DNA from: Aquificales bacterium
Lineage (GTDB): Bacteria; Aquificota; Aquificia; Aquificales; Aquificaceae
Reading direction: 5' to 3'
DNA: 26,724 nucleotides
Assembly (NCBI GenBank): GCA_015491275.1
Contig: WFWF01000012.1
Location: 1-26,724, forward strand
Shown here: positions 13,560 to 22,496 of the stretch, piece by piece
Layout of the letters: each line of letters begins with the position of its first letter
Position numbering within the stretch: the stretch's first letter is position 1
The notes under the pieces: generated by a model
Seen by the model: only the letters and a program-made list of their open reading frames with translations
What the model was told of the DNA's origin: nothing
Databases searched by the model: none
Program-made: the position numbers and the translations under genes

Positions 13560-14683
13560 AGGTTATTACTGAAGGGACAGCCAAGATCCTGTTGCCATCT
13601 CTTCCTGAAAATATAAGCTCTGATATGCCCGTTTTCTACAACCCGAGGATGAGGGTAAACAGGGATTTTACCGTTCTTATGGTCAGATATCTTACAAAGG
13701 TTCTGGGCAGGTGTCTTAAGATAGCCGATCCCCTTGCTGGTAGCGGTGTCAGGGCAATAAGGATACTTAAGGAGACGGATAGAATTGATATTGTTTGTGT
13801 GAACGATAGAGACAGCAGGGCTGTGGAAAATATAAAGATGAACTTTGAAGAAAATTGTATAAAGGAGAATAGATATAGAATATTCCACGAGGATGCTAAT
13901 ATATTCCTGAGAAAGGAAGGGAAATTTGACTATATTGATGTGGATCCCTTCGGTAGCCCTGTAGGATTTATTGAATCCGCAATTTTGTCACTCAAAAAGG
14001 GAGGTATGCTCGGTGTAACAGCTACGGACACAGCACCCCTTTCTGGTACATATCCGGATGTTTGTATAAGGAGGTACGGATCCAAGCCTCTTAAAACCGA
14101 ATTTTACCATGAGACAGGTATAAGGATACTTATATACAAGATTTTTTCACAAGGTGCCCAGTTTGATTTTTCCCTTACACCTGTTTTTTCTTACAGTTAC
14201 CTTCATCACTTCAGGGTGTTCCTTGTTAAGGATAAGGGTGCAAAGCTGACTAATAGGAATATCCATAAGAACACGGGCTATATTGTCTTTTGTCACGCTT
14301 GCCTGTACAGGTCTTGTTTGAGGGACAAGTGTAGTATGCTGAAATGTCCTTTATGCGGTGAGATGCTTGATTACGCAGGACCTCTATGGATAGGTCCGAT
14401 TTTCCATAGGGATGTTGTAGATTATTTTAGTAAAGACATAGGTTCTGTAAATGTTTCAAGGGAAACATATAAGATTTTGAATTTAATTAAAGAGGAGTCA
14501 AAAGTAAATGTTCCCTTTTTTTATACTCTCTCTTCGCTGGCTAAGGTATTGAAGAAGGGCAGAGTTCCGTCATTAAATAAAGTTCTGCGGGAATTTGAAG
14601 GGGTAAGGACTCACTTTTCCGGAGAAGGTTTTAGGACACGGATGGATTATAAGGAATTAAGAGAAAAATTTAGTGTATTATAG
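13556..14683 (+). CDS. trm1: tRNA (guanine-26/27-N2)-dimethyltransferase, archaeal-type Trm1
   Basis: PVFYNPRMRVNRD, DPLAGSGVRAIR, DANIFL, IDVDPFGSP, GVTATDTAPLSG, HETGIRIL, a CHAC...CPLC Zn pair and GPLWIGPI; ATGA overlap with hemE. Confidence 0.92.
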   Translation: MKVITEGTAKILLPSLPENISSDMPVFYNPRMRVNRDFTVLMVRYLTKVLGRCLKIADPLAGSGVRAIRILKETDRIDIVCVNDRDSRAVENIKMNFEENCIKENRYRIFHEDANIFLRKEGKFDYIDVDPFGSPVGFIESAILSLKKGGMLGVTATDTAPLSGTYPDVCIRRYGSKPLKTEFYHETGIRILIYKIFSQGAQFDFSLTPVFSYSYLHHFRVFLVKDKGAKLTNRNIHKNTGYIVFCHACLYRSCLRDKCSMLKCPLCGEMLDYAGPLWIGPIFHRDVVDYFSKDIGSVNVSRETYKILNLIKEESKVNVPFFYTLSSLAKVLKKGRVPSLNKVLREFEGVRTHFSGEGFRTRMDYKELREKFSVL

Positions 14684-14718
14684 ATTACCAGCCCCTCATT
14701 TTAAGGAGGTTGAAAGGA

Positions 14719-16164
14719 ATGGATGTTGTTTCTTATAGAGGTAGTGTAAATGAGTATGAAGGTGATTGCCTTGTATTTTTTATTACAGAGAGTGATTTTT
14801 CAGTCCTTGATTTATTGCGGGAGGATACTAAAAAAAATTTAAAAAAGATTATAAAAACAGAAGGTTTTAAAGGAGAAAAGGAGAAGCTTTTAAAAATTCC
14901 TTTGGGGGATCAAATGAAATCCATTTATTTGGTGGGTGTGGGAAAAAAGGATTTAATTGATGATGAAGTGTATAGAAGGATGTCCGCCATGGGAGTAAGG
15001 CAGATGAAAAAGGATAAATATAGAAGAGGGCTTTTTATAGGAGTTGATAAGGATAAGGAAAGGGCGGTTGTGGAGGGTGTACTTCTTGGAAACTATGAAT
15101 TTGATAAATACAAAACAAGGAAGGATAATGGAAATGAAAAGGGTGTAAAGGAAGTTGGGTTATATGAGGGTGATGAGGAAAATATAAGATTAGGGAATAT
15201 ATTTGCGGAAGCCCAGATATATGCAAGGAATTTGGTTAACGAACCGGGTAATGTAATAAATCCTGTTACCCTTTCGGAGATTGCCAAAAAACTTGCGGAA
15301 GATAAGGGTCTTGAGTGCAAAGTTTATGATGAAAAAGATATTCAAGAGATGGGCATGTTAGCCCTTTATAGTGTGGGTAAAGGGTCTTCAACACCTCCTC
15401 GTTTTATACATATTATCTATAAGCCGGAAAAGCCTAGGAAAAAGGTGGTTTTTGTAGGTAAGGGTTTGACCTTTGACAGTGGAGGATTGAACATAAAGAC
15501 TGGGGATTACATGAGGACAATGAAGATAGATAAATCGGGAGCTTGTGCGGTACTCGGTATTATGAAGGCTGTAGCAGAACTTAAACCTAATATAGAAGTT
15601 CACGGGCTTATCGGCGCAGCGGAGAACATGCCGGGTGGTAGTGCCTACAGACCGGACGATATAATAAGGGCTAAAAACGGTAAAACAATAGAGATAGACA
15701 ATACGGATGCGGAAGGAAGGGTAACCCTTGCGGATGTTCTATCTTACGCTTCTGAGTTGAAACCTGATCTTATAATAGATATGGCAACTCTTACGGGTGC
15801 ATGTATGGTAGCTCTCGGGGAGTACACAGCAGGACTTTTCTCCAATGATGATGATCTCGCAAGATCTCTTGAAGAGGCATCAAGGAAAACGGGAGAAAGA
15901 ATATGGAGATTACCTTTGGATGATGAGAGGTTGAGAAAGAAGATAAAGTCAAATGTTGCGGATGTTGTAAACTCCGGCGGTAGATACGGAGGAGCAATAA
16001 CCGCCGCTATGTTCCTTCAAGAATTCGTTGGAGAGGGTATCAAATGGGCTCATCTTGATATAGCGGGACCCGCTTACAGTAAGGAGGATTTCTTTTACTA
16101 CCAAAAGGGTGGTACGGGCTTCGGTGTAAGGCTTTGCCTTGAATATTTACTCAGCAACACCTGA
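14719..16164 (+). CDS. pepA: Leucyl aminopeptidase (M17)
   Basis: VGKGLTFDSGG, MKIDKSGA, NTDAEGRVTLAD, DMATLTGA and WAHLDIAGP. ATG 14719 is preferred over TTG 14710 because the SD GGAGG at 14705-14709 is 9 nt upstream of it. Confidence 0.95.
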   Translation: MDVVSYRGSVNEYEGDCLVFFITESDFSVLDLLREDTKKNLKKIIKTEGFKGEKEKLLKIPLGDQMKSIYLVGVGKKDLIDDEVYRRMSAMGVRQMKKDKYRRGLFIGVDKDKERAVVEGVLLGNYEFDKYKTRKDNGNEKGVKEVGLYEGDEENIRLGNIFAEAQIYARNLVNEPGNVINPVTLSEIAKKLAEDKGLECKVYDEKDIQEMGMLALYSVGKGSSTPPRFIHIIYKPEKPRKKVVFVGKGLTFDSGGLNIKTGDYMRTMKIDKSGACAVLGIMKAVAELKPNIEVHGLIGAAENMPGGSAYRPDDIIRAKNGKTIEIDNTDAEGRVTLADVLSYASELKPDLIIDMATLTGACMVALGEYTAGLFSNDDDLARSLEEASRKTGERIWRLPLDDERLRKKIKSNVADVVNSGGRYGGAITAAMFLQEFVGEGIKWAHLDIAGPAYSKEDFFYYQKGGTGFGVRLCLEYLLSNT

Positions 16165-16390
16165 GCCATTCAAGAGGGGATTTTTCCATACCTGCCGATT
16201 TGTGCCAGCGGTGAAAGGATTCCATCACAAGAGGCATATATTCAATAGCAAGTAATTTGACAGGATTTGGTAATCCGTAGAAGTCCATAAGAAGGAAGGC
16301 TACGAATATCTCTTCCCTTTTTGATACTTCTTTTGCAAAGTTGCTACCGAACTTTACCCTGTAAATTTCCCTCAGGAAATCTTCAAGCAT
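16151..16390 (-). CDS. Small CstA-associated protein ending in Cys-Cys (cory-CC-star-like)
   Basis: 79 aa from ATG 16390, overlapping the cstA stop; GLPNP...[21 protein letters not shown] resembles the CC-tailed small proteins found downstream of cstA. Confidence 0.78.
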   Translation of the reverse strand: MLEDFLREIYRVKFGSNFAKEVSKREEIFVAFLLMDFYGLPNPVKLLAIEYMPLVMESFHRWHKSAGMEKSPLEWLRCC

Positions 16391-18053
16391 TTTTCCTGTA
16401 TAAAGATAGGACCGATTCAAAAATAAGCCAGAGGGCTAAAAGGAGAATAATAAGACTTGTGAATACTAAGAGCATGTCTCCTTTTAGAAAGAAGGAGTAA
16501 GCGTTAATAGTGAGGGCTACTGTCGTTGTAATAAACACGAATATCATGGGAATAAGTATGAATGTAGTTTTTGAACCTGTATTTTTGAGATGAAGCAGTA
16601 TAACCAAAAACGCCAATCCAGCCAATAGCTGGTTGGAGGCTCCGAAGACGGGCCAAAAGATAAGCCCCCCCTTACCGCCTTCCTTTGAGAGGACAAGAAG
16701 CAAGGAGGTAAAAACAGCTATAAAGGAAGCTACCCAGGGATTTTTAAGAGGGTTTATGTCATATATGTTTCCCAGCTCATTTATTATATACCTCTGTATC
16801 CTGACACTTGTATCCATTGTTGTAGCTGCGAAGAGGATAATCATAGTTGTAATCATTACAATGCCTATATTTCTGTCTATTCCAAGGAAGGTAAACAGAT
16901 TTGCACCCCCTTCAACAACCGCGGAGAGGGCATTTGCACTTGAACTTGCTTGAGCCCATGATGAGTAAATGGCTTGGAGTTTTTCTGGGGAGGTTAGTGC
17001 AAAACCGGCGGAGCAGGCTATTATAACCGCCAGCGCAAGGGAGCTTTCACCCAAAAAACCGAGGTAACCTACAAATCTTGCGTCCCTTTCGTGGGAGAGT
17101 TGTTTTGATGTGGTTCCGGAGGATACCAAAGAATGAAAACCGCTTAATGCACCGCAGGCTATGGTTATAAACAGGAAGGGGAAAAGGGAGGGAGCTCCTT
17201 CGGGCTTTAGATTTACCGCATCAAGCACCACGGGTGGGTTTCCTATAATCGCACCGCTGTAAAGAAGTATAAGTATTATTATCAGCTGGATCCCGTTTAA
17301 AAAGTCCCTGGGTTGTAAGAGTAACCACACGGGAAGGGATGAAGCAAAAAAAGTGTAAATAAAAAGCATTATTATCCACAGCATCAAAGGTTCCATTCCT
17401 AATACATTTGCAACGGGAGTGATATCAATAGGTATATACCTGCCTATGAAGATGGTCAGGTACAGCAACAATAAGCTGAACAGACTTAGAACCAAAAAAT
17501 TAAACTTACCCTTGTAAACGGAGTAGCCGAAAAATATTGCTATAGGTATTATTATCCATGCGGGTAGTACTGCGGACGGATAGGATACAAGAAGTTTTGC
17601 TATTACAAAAGCGAATACAGCATTTACGAGGATGGCTAGAGCAAGAATTATGAACATAAACAGTAATCTTGCCCTTTCGTTAACCAAATATCCTATTATG
17701 GTTCCTATTGATTGTCCCTTATTCCTTATTGAGGTAACTAATGCTCCGAAGTCGTGGACCGCTCCCATAAATACCGCCCCGAGAACAACCCACAAAAGGG
17801 CGGGCAACCATCCCCATATAAGGGCTATTGCAGGTCCTACTATAGGTCCAGCACCCGCTATGGATGTAAAGTGATGACCGAGCAGTATGTACTTGTTGGT
17901 TGGTACATAATCTACACCGTCCTTGTATTCAACCGCTGGGGTTTTATTACTATCATCAAGCTTGAATATCTTTTCCGATAAGTATTTTGCATAAACAAAG
18001 TAACCGAATAGGTACATTAATATGCCGAATATAACGAGTAAAAGGCTTCCCAT
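16383..18053 (-). CDS. cstA: Carbon starvation protein A family transporter (peptide/pyruvate)
   Basis: 556 aa membrane protein; [70 protein letters not shown] and FGASNQLLA motifs. Confidence 0.94.
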   Translation of the reverse strand: MGSLLLVIFGILMYLFGYFVYAKYLSEKIFKLDDSNKTPAVEYKDGVDYVPTNKYILLGHHFTSIAGAGPIVGPAIALIWGWLPALLWVVLGAVFMGAVHDFGALVTSIRNKGQSIGTIIGYLVNERARLLFMFIILALAILVNAVFAFVIAKLLVSYPSAVLPAWIIIPIAIFFGYSVYKGKFNFLVLSLFSLLLLYLTIFIGRYIPIDITPVANVLGMEPLMLWIIMLFIYTFFASSLPVWLLLQPRDFLNGIQLIIILILLYSGAIIGNPPVVLDAVNLKPEGAPSLFPFLFITIACGALSGFHSLVSSGTTSKQLSHERDARFVGYLGFLGESSLALAVIIACSAGFALTSPEKLQAIYSSWAQASSSANALSAVVEGGANLFTFLGIDRNIGIVMITTMIILFAATTMDTSVRIQRYIINELGNIYDINPLKNPWVASFIAVFTSLLLVLSKEGGKGGLIFWPVFGASNQLLAGLAFLVILLHLKNTGSKTTFILIPMIFVFITTTVALTINAYSFFLKGDMLLVFTSLIILLLALWLIFESVLSLYRKNA

Positions 18054-18055
18054 TT

Positions 18056-18898
18056 TTAACCCCTTAAGATAAAAACATCAATAAAGACGATACAAAGATA
18101 AATGATACTTATATAACCGTTTACTGTAAAGAACACTTCCCCCTTAATATGTTTCCGTTGATATATAAAAAGAAAGAGAAGGATGAACATACTGAAGAAA
18201 TAAAAAGTACTGAGGCGATTATCAATAACACCTACCGAAAGGAGGGAAATAAATGTTATGGTATGGCAAAGCCCGGATACATGTATGGCTTTCCTTATTC
18301 CTATCTTTACGGGGAGGGATTTCAGACCCACTTTTCTATCAAATTCGTAATCTTGCAGTGCATAAAGTATATCAAATCCAGCGACCCAGAAAGCCATACC
18401 TATTCCCATTACAGCGGACAACAAGGATATGCGGGAATTCAACGCTACATCTATAGCTACAGGTATTAAAAAATAAACAGCCCCGAGGATGAAGTGAGGC
18501 AAGTAGGTAAACCTCTTACCGTAAGGGTAAAGGATAAGAAGACCTATAACAACGGGAGAAAGGAGGGAGGCAAGTTTATTGAGAAAGTATGCTGTGATCA
18601 CAAAAAGAGTTGATGAAAATACCGCTATAAGGTAAGCTTCCCTTTTGGTTACACGACCGGAGACAAGGGGCCATGAGCTTGTTCGCGGATTTAGTCTGTC
18701 AAAAGGTTCGTCTATTATTCTGTTTATAGCCATTCCTGCGGTCCTTGCAAAGATGAGTGCAAGTATTATTAAGATTATTTCCTTTAAACTTGGCGGACTT
18801 TCAGTAAGGAGTATAAGGCTTGAAAGTCCGAAGGGTAATGCAAATATGGTATGTTCAAATCTGACAAGCTCAAGATATGCCCTTATCCTTTCCATCAT
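18056..18898 (-). CDS. ubiA: UbiA-family prenyltransferase (MqnP-like, naphthoquinone pathway)
   Basis: [29 protein letters not shown] and YALQDYEFD aspartate-rich motifs; multiple TM segments. The exact substrate is an inference. Confidence 0.85.
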   Translation of the reverse strand: MMERIRAYLELVRFEHTIFALPFGLSSLILLTESPPSLKEIILIILALIFARTAGMAINRIIDEPFDRLNPRTSSWPLVSGRVTKREAYLIAVFSSTLFVITAYFLNKLASLLSPVVIGLLILYPYGKRFTYLPHFILGAVYFLIPVAIDVALNSRISLLSAVMGIGMAFWVAGFDILYALQDYEFDRKVGLKSLPVKIGIRKAIHVSGLCHTITFISLLSVGVIDNRLSTFYFFSMFILLFLFIYQRKHIKGEVFFTVNGYISIIYLCIVFIDVFILRG

Positions 18899-19308
18899 AT
18901 ATCAAATATGACTTCTCCTATGTATTCTCCGTTTATCTTTTCAATCTTCAATCTGTGATATGTTGCTGCTTTTATGACAAGCTTTGATTTATGTCTTTCC
19001 GGATCAAACTTACCCCCTTTAAGCATTACTTTTATTTTATTTTTGTCCAACTCAAGTACTTTACATTCTTTTGCGATAAAGTTTTCCGTTTCGTGTATTA
19101 TAAGTGCTTCATTTATTATATCCGCAAGGGCGTAGGGTAGGGGTGACGATACCTCTATTATATGTTCAATTTCCTTATTTATGTCTTCTACATCCGTTAT
19201 TTCATTGAAGGCGGCAATTATGGATTTACATATAAGTTCATTAAGATCCTTAGCCCTTACACGGATACCAGCATCCGCGGTAATGTCGTCTATTGTTTCA
19301 TAGAACAT
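18895..19308 (-). CDS. Archease
   Basis: 137 aa; N-terminal YETIDDITADAGI and C-terminal IKAATYH...VIFDI archease motifs. Confidence 0.92.
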   Translation of the reverse strand: MFYETIDDITADAGIRVRAKDLNELICKSIIAAFNEITDVEDINKEIEHIIEVSSPLPYALADIINEALIIHETENFIAKECKVLELDKNKIKVMLKGGKFDPERHKSKLVIKAATYHRLKIEKINGEYIGEVIFDI

Positions 19309-19326
19309 GCAATTAATATTATATAT
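19309..19326. promoter_or_regulatory. 18-bp divergent intergenic region with overlapping -10 hexamers
   Basis: GCAATTAATATTATATAT contains TATAAT on - (19323-19318, 9 nt before the archease ATG) and TAATAT on + (19314-19319, 7 nt before ATG 19327); no SD on either side. Confidence 0.5.
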
Positions 19327-19731
19327 ATGGAGTTTTATCTAAACAGGCGGATTATAAATGCTGTCTTTATATTGGTACTGATAGGCGGTTACCTTGTCGT
19401 TTATCTTAATTACTCCGAAATAAGAAATGCTATAAATAGAGAATATGCAAGATATAAGGAGATTTCCTTTCTTATAAGGAATTTCGGTAATCAGAGAAAG
19501 AGAGAGATAGATGAGGTTTTTCTTAATCAGTTTTTCAAAAATGCAGGTGTAGAGGTAAAATCAATCTCGGGGATTGAAGACATTTTTATGGTTAATATAA
19601 AATCGGTTAATATATTTAAGTTGACCGATATAATTTATAGATTGGAAAGAGAAGGTATTGAGATAAGGCAGATGAGGGCTGTTGATAATACAGGAGAGGG
19701 AGTTTATGAAGTGGAATTAAAAATAAGATAA
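19327..19731 (+). CDS. Bitopic membrane protein, type II secretion GspM/PilN-like
   Basis: The real start is probably ATG 19327, because the ORF-track extension to 19162 overlaps archease. 134 aa: N-terminal TM helix, then a predicted coiled segment, then a small alpha/beta domain ending VYEVELKIR. The family call rests on architecture only. Confidence 0.5.
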   Translation: MEFYLNRRIINAVFILVLIGGYLVVYLNYSEIRNAINREYARYKEISFLIRNFGNQRKREIDEVFLNQFFKNAGVEVKSISGIEDIFMVNIKSVNIFKLTDIIYRLEREGIEIRQMRAVDNTGEGVYEVELKIR

Positions 19732-19744
19732 GCAGAGGGAAATT

Positions 19745-22483
19745 ATGGGGAAGATATTTTTCATATTGTTATTTTCTTTTGCTTTGGCTTTGGCTGACAT
19801 TATAAGAGTTGAGCCGGGAGGAGACAGTGACTGCTCCGACGGTCTGTGTAGCTTACAGGCAGCTTTAATCTTGTCTGAGGAAAGGGGCGGTGAATTTATA
19901 ATCCTTTTGAGGCCGGGTACATACAATCTTAGTAATCCTCTTGAGTATATACCCGCTGTTTCCGGTAGTCTTATCATAAGGGCGGAAGACCCTGCAAATA
20001 AACCGATACTGAGCGGTACTGGAAATACCCACCTGTTTTATATATATTTGAGCGGTGAGGATACAAGCTCCGTGATTGAGATAAAAGACATAATATTTGA
20101 GGGAGGTATGTCTGCCGGGGGTATCCCTGCCTTTCTCTTTATCAGAACTTTCGGGGGAGATATTAGGGTAACGGGATGTGAGTTCAGGAATGGCACGGGG
20201 GATAAGGGTGTTGAGCTTATAAGCGACTCTGGGAATATTGTTTTTAACAATAATTTCTTAAGCGGTGGTACATACTCTTCAAGCTTTGTAAGTGTTAAAA
20301 GTGTTAGCGGATATGTGGAGCTTGGAATTAACAAGGTTGACCTTAATAATGTACCTTCCGCTTCGGACATCATTTATATAGGAATATCCGGCGGGAATAT
20401 TTATGTAAAGTATAATGCTGTTTCAAACAGCGGGGGTATAGGAATAAGGGTTGAGTCTTTATACGGGTCCTTAATATTAAAAGGAAACAGGGTTAAAAAT
20501 GTAAGCGGTGCAGGTTTGCATGTTAGTAATAGTGGGGGTACTGTAAGAGCGGTTAATAATCTTATATACAACAATACAGGAAACTTAGGTGGTGGAATAT
20601 ATATGGAAACGGAAACGGGCACATTGATACTTGTTAACAATACAATTTACGGTAATTCAGGTAGTAAAGGCGGAGGAGCTTATATTAAGCTTAATGGAAG
20701 CAGTGCAATACTGAGGATTTATAACAATATTCTGTGGAATAACTCCGCTACGGACAACGGTAACGATCTTTATATAGAAGGCGGGGGTTCAGAGATATCA
20801 CTGTTTAACAACAATCTCGGATTAAATGCGGATTTTTCCAATCCTACCTCTGGTGATCTTGTTATAACTGATACTTCAAACTACAACCATGCGGGCAATC
20901 TGAGAGAAGATCCCTTGTTTACAGATCCGTTGGCTGAAGATTTCTCACTTCAGAGTACATCACCACTTATAGATGCGGGTTTATCCGGAGATCCTGAAAT
21001 ACCTTCGGAGGATATTGAAGGTAACGAAAGGGTATCACCCGACATAGGTGCTTATGAGTATGTAAGTACTCCTTATCCTTATATACACCCGGAGGCAAGT
21101 GAAATTTATTTAGGCACAATTTTTCCTGCGGATTCCATTACTTATAACCTTACGGTTTATAATCTGGGCAGTGGAAATCTTTCTTTTACCAATATATCAG
21201 CGGACAATCCATCCTTTTCGGTAAGTCATAATTGTAGTAACCTGTCCAAGGGGCAAGGGTGTATCGTAAGTATAACCTTTTCATCCGCAACTTCCGGCAA
21301 CTATACGGGCAATCTGGTTATTGAGAGCAATGATGCGGATAAGAGCCCCCTGCTTATACCCCTTACGGGAATTGTGGATGTTATGAAACCCGATATTGAT
21401 GTAAGTGATATTTATAACCTAAGTACATTTATAGGTGGCGAGGTTCAGCGTACTGTGACCATTGCGAATGTCGGAAAGGAAAATCTGAGGATAACGGACA
21501 TTAGAATAGAAGGTGATTCCCTCGGAGAATTTGAAATATTGTATGAAAAGGTTTCAGGGAGAATGTGCGGATATCCTCCGGTTATCCTATCGCCGGGTGA
21601 GGTGTGTCAAGTAAGAATTGTATTCAGTCCTAAGGCGGAAAAGGTTCAGTTCTTTAATTTTGTGATTGAATCAAATGATCCGGATGAAGATCCTTATATT
21701 ACAAGGATTTTGGCGGAAGGGTACACCGGTTCATCCAATCCCGAAAAGATTGAGGTTATGCCCGCAAATTACAATTTCGGTAGTGAAAAAATAGGATTCC
21801 CTTCAGAGCCTGCTGTGTTTACCGTATCAAATATGGGTTACTTTTACCTTTCCGTGGGACTCATAATATTTGAACAGGGTGTTAATTTTAAGATAATAAG
21901 GGATGAATGTTCGGGGAGGATGTTGTATTTTGGAGAAACATGTAATATATGGGTAGTATTTGAACCTTCTGAGGGCGGGATTTTGGAAGATGTCCTTTAC
22001 ATACCCTCCAGTGATCCTGATAACCCCATTGTGAGGGTTAATTTGATCGGAGTGGGAGATGAAAACCCAATTCTTTCTTTTGACCCTTCCGAGGTTACCT
22101 TTAACACAAAAGGTTCTTCAACCGTGAAAATTACCAACAATATATCTTCCGATATTGAAATTGAAAGTATTAATACGGATGACGGAAAACACTTTGTTAT
22201 ATCAAACAGCGATTGCGGAAAATATTTAAAGGCTGGGGAAACTTGTAATGTGGTTGTGGAGTTTAAACCGACCATTTCCGGTTACTATGAGGGGAATATG
22301 ATCATAAGGATAAAATCACCCTTTAATGCTGATATAAAGGTAAAACTCAAAGGAACTCACGGTATTGAGAAGCCTACGGTAGTTAAAAAGATTGAAAAGG
22401 GATGTTACACCCTCGGCGGTGCCTTAATCATTTTTATATTGTTAATAGCGGTTATTGTTAGAAGATTCAAGGAAGTCCTTTGA
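19745..22483 (+). CDS. Large surface protein: signal peptide, right-handed beta-helix with choice-of-anchor-Q-like end, four Cys-paired ASH/choice-of-anchor-D Ig-like domains, C-terminal GC-TM-RR anchor
   Basis: 912 aa; Asn/Gly-rich parallel beta-helix repeats (NNLIYNN, NNTIYGN, NNILWNN); DPLF...DFSLQSTSPLIDAG...PDIGAYE; four repeats with C-x(8-12)-C and IxSxDPD motifs; tail KGCYTLGGALIIFILLIAVIVRR. Confidence 0.8.
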   Translation: MGKIFFILLFSFALALADIIRVEPGGDSDCSDGLCSLQAALILSEERGGEFIILLRPGTYNLSNPLEYIPAVSGSLIIRAEDPANKPILSGTGNTHLFYIYLSGEDTSSVIEIKDIIFEGGMSAGGIPAFLFIRTFGGDIRVTGCEFRNGTGDKGVELISDSGNIVFNNNFLSGGTYSSSFVSVKSVSGYVELGINKVDLNNVPSASDIIYIGISGGNIYVKYNAVSNSGGIGIRVESLYGSLILKGNRVKNVSGAGLHVSNSGGTVRAVNNLIYNNTGNLGGGIYMETETGTLILVNNTIYGNSGSKGGGAYIKLNGSSAILRIYNNILWNNSATDNGNDLYIEGGGSEISLFNNNLGLNADFSNPTSGDLVITDTSNYNHAGNLREDPLFTDPLAEDFSLQSTSPLIDAGLSGDPEIPSEDIEGNERVSPDIGAYEYVSTPYPYIHPEASEIYLGTIFPADSITYNLTVYNLGSGNLSFTNISADNPSFSVSHNCSNLSKGQGCIVSITFSSATSGNYTGNLVIESNDADKSPLLIPLTGIVDVMKPDIDVSDIYNLSTFIGGEVQRTVTIANVGKENLRITDIRIEGDSLGEFEILYEKVSGRMCGYPPVILSPGEVCQVRIVFSPKAEKVQFFNFVIESNDPDEDPYITRILAEGYTGSSNPEKIEVMPANYNFGSEKIGFPSEPAVFTVSNMGYFYLSVGLIIFEQGVNFKIIRDECSGRMLYFGETCNIWVVFEPSEGGILEDVLYIPSSDPDNPIVRVNLIGVGDENPILSFDPSEVTFNTKGSSTVKITNNISSDIEIESINTDDGKHFVISNSDCGKYLKAGETCNVVVEFKPTISGYYEGNMIIRIKSPFNADIKVKLKGTHGIEKPTVVKKIEKGCYTLGGALIIFILLIAVIVRRFKEVL

Positions 22484-22496
22484 TTAAACAGTTTTT

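Noticed and set aside
16100-16153. Selenocysteine readthrough of the TGA after the CC tail
   Set aside because: No convincing SECIS-like hairpin follows, and the extension would run antisense through conserved pepA codons.
19162-19326. N-terminal 55-aa extension of the 189-aa ORF
   Set aside because: It overlaps archease on the opposite strand; the TM-first protein starting at ATG 19327 is more plausible.
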